Below, in pieces: positions 50,962 through 53,479 of a DNA stretch of 53,479 bases. The notes below the pieces were generated by a model. It was not told where the DNA came from. It saw only the letters and a list, made by a program, of their open reading frames with translations, and did not search any database. The position numbers and the translations under genes are program-made. The stretch lies in NCBI GenBank assembly GCA_003427395.1, contig BFEA01000013.1, positions 6,434,088 to 6,487,566 of the forward strand, given 5' to 3'. Position 1 is the stretch's first letter. Every line of letters starts with the position of its first letter. The stretch comes from Chara braunii (lineage: Eukaryota > Plantae > Charophyceae).

Positions 50962-52325
50962 ATCTTATAATGATTTGGTCTTCAATGATAAAGAGTGGAC
51001 AGACAAACAACTACGAGCATCCGCCTTACTATTTTGACGGATTGGAGAAGAAAAGTGCTGAAGTCGGACAACAAGTCTGGAGGCCACAGATGGTTCAGAG
51101 AGACCTGGGCCCTCAAGGAATCAATGGCCATAATTACAGATGAGAATAAGTTGGTACTTGGCGACTGGCTGTTTGTAGTGTAGCTTCAACCTGATTACTC
51201 AGTTGCTTTGGTCGCAGTAGACAGGCAGCAGGTCAGTTTGGGGAGGGAGTGTCCAGTTTACTCTAAGTTCTGTGCCCTACTCGGGGACACTCTGTCGCAA
51301 TAGACAGAACTTTAGGGACCACACAATAGACATAGCATTTGCATCTAGTGAGCTGTTGCATATAGGGTAGGTTTAGTAAGGGGCTCTTGCATATTTACTA
51401 GGGTACGCTTTGCATGTGATGAAGAGTTGAGGTAACCAGTTGTCTTTTTGGTTTGTTGGTTCTGTAGGCCTTGGTGGCAATCCTTTATTTTCCTTTTTTG
51501 CTTCTCTTTTGTATTTTGGATTGTGAGGCTTTGTAGGCCCTGGTGGTGATTTATTGTGTGCTTCTCAGGGTTGCGGAACATCAGGGCAGCGGTCTCGTTT
51601 TGGCCATTTCTGTCCCTAGGTAATCTTCCCAACGCCTGCACTCTTTTAGTGGTCTTGTATTGGGCGTTCACACTTTGCTTTACTTTTCCGGGTTGTTTTG
51701 TATGAGGGATTCCCGGCCTCATTTACAGTCTTATAATGAAGCCCTCAGGGGCCCTTGCTTTGTTAAAAAAAAAAAAAAAAAAAAAAAGAGTTACAGAAAG
51801 ACACAAGAGGACGGACTGTCAGAACTACCCCTCCGAAGACCCTAAAGCATATTCATGATGACTGCATGCTACCTGAAATTAACTTGTAAGGTTGCATACA
51901 TCCACGGTGCATGGAACAATATCATTCTTGGAACACACACATCCACACACACTTTTTTTTTTTGGGGCCCTATTGAGTGCAGCGCCAATTGTTTGTTTTT
52001 CTTGTGTCAAGTAGTATGTTTATGAGGGGTAGGACAGAGGGTGCTACCACACCCTGCCCCTCCCCTTCTGTTTTCCAACCCCTAATTTTCCGGGTGTGCC
52101 GCATCACGTCTGTGCGCATGCGTGCATGTGTGTCCACTGATGCGCCGCACATGTGTCCACTGCTGCGCCACAAGTATGATACATTACATATATATTTAAT
52201 TTATTTTTCTGTTTAATTTGGGAAAAGAAATCCAATTCTTTTTTTTTCTTTTAGGCAAACGTTGTTCACTTTATTTTTCCGCACAACATAGTCCTTTTTC
52301 AGATTTTCCTTTTTTTTCCATTTTT

Positions 52326-52687
52326 GGGAAAATTGTTGAAATATCCTGAAAAGTTGGGGTATTTCGTCAGATACACCTTAAACACCGGGGTATGCCGAAA
52401 TGCCCCAAACTTCTGCATCTTCCCCTGTCCCGGTCATCACCAACTTAGCCATATGCCCTGGCCCTGGACAGAAGGGGCCTGAGCATTTCTTTTGCCAACT
52501 GCAGGGTCCAACGGCCAGAATATAGACAAGTTGCCCAGGGCCCAGTAGGGTTACATGCAACAGATGGCATGTCCAATATATTTTGCAAAGTTTCCCACCT
52601 GTCACAGGGGCATTTCGCCATACCCATGCCTTTCAGGGGTATCCAACGAAATACCCCAACTTTCAGGAGCATTTCAACAATTTTCCC
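52326..52687. mobile_element. MITE-like element with ~80-bp imperfect inverted repeats
   Basis: gggaaaattgttgaaat..aagttggggtatttcgt..cgaaatgcccc (52326-52406) vs ggggcatttcg..acgaaataccccaactt..atttcaacaattttccc (52607-52687). Confidence 0.7.
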
Positions 52688-53177
52688 CTCTTTTTTTTTT
52701 TTTTTGACAGGGACCCTCCCTGGAGGTTGCCCGGCAAGGCTGCCCGGACAACCAAGGTGATGTGGGCAGCTCGGTTTGTAATCCAGGACAACACGCAATA
52801 ATGTCTATAATACTCTATATATACATACACATCCCTGCAACATCCATACACACATGATAATGAAAGATGACCCAACCCCCACTGCAACCATTCTATGAAC
52901 TGTACACAGCAGATGGACAGCTGCAGAGTTCATGGACTCCTGAAACCTCACCTCTCTAATACTATAAAGCAAATAGAGGGTCTCGCGTGACGGTCCCACG
53001 CGAGCACCCGATGCCAGTGTTGGGAAGAGTCGAGACAGGCCCTGGGCCCATGGTAGGAGCGGGCGGTGAAACGGCGCCGCGGTAGAGATGCCGGCGAAAC
53101 GGCACGGTGGCCAAATGGGTCGGGAGCGGGCCGAAACGGCATGGCAGCGGGCGGGGAATCGACGAGCGGGCGGCGCA

Positions 53178-53243
53178 CGGGCAGGGAAAGCAAACGGGTC
53201 ACGGGTAGGGAAAGCAAACGGGTCACGGGTAGGGAAAGCAAAC
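53178..53243 (+). repeat. 24-bp tandem repeat, ~3 copies
   Basis: cgggtcacgggtagggaaagcaaa unit. Confidence 0.9.
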
Positions 53244-53385
53244 ATGTCGGGAGCGGGCGGGGAGTTGACAGAGGTGTTTGTGTCGGGCGGGTGAGCGAGC
53301 GGGTGGGAAAGCGCGACCATGTGATACATAAAGAACGAGGGAGAGTGAGAGAGGGAAAGAGACCGGGCGATGAACAAGGGAAGAG

Positions 53386-53479
<94 letters not shown>

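Larger units (their letters stand above)
41839..51788 (+). mobile_element. Decayed L1/Tx1-like LINE, interrupted by an LTR element at 46936-50786
   Basis: ORF1-like region, RT, zf-RVT, C-terminus resuming at 50787, 3' UTR and poly(A) at 51765-51788. 5' boundary not defined. Confidence 0.9.

Overview
Eukaryotic, transposon-saturated intergenic DNA from a gapped short-read assembly. A green-plant lineage is inferred from the tRNA-iMet PBS, chromovirus chromodomain, DUF659-type hAT and a plant-type 25S fragment; the overall style resembles the charophyte Chara, which I cannot confirm. No intact host gene was found. Contents: (1) a ~7.5 kb concentric inverted-repeat structure (286-7830) with a nested TIR element; (2) LINE and retroposon 3' ends, three of which share a covarying ~50-nt double-pseudoknot-like motif upstream of poly(A); (3) decayed hAT transposases and MITEs; (4) a decayed L1/Tx1-like LINE (41839-51788) interrupted by a 3.85 kb non-autonomous chromoviral LTR element with 5-bp TSD, TG..CA LTRs and tRNA-iMet PBS. 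That element carries internally a structurally complete type III hammerhead ribozyme (47983-48042, minus strand), two mirrored degenerate copies and a tRNA-like/B-box hairpin. Two Nextera mate-pair junction adapters are embedded, so the apparently identical 2.5 kb duplication (29027-31557 / 36567-39097) is very likely an assembly artefact. All alignments and folds were done by eye.
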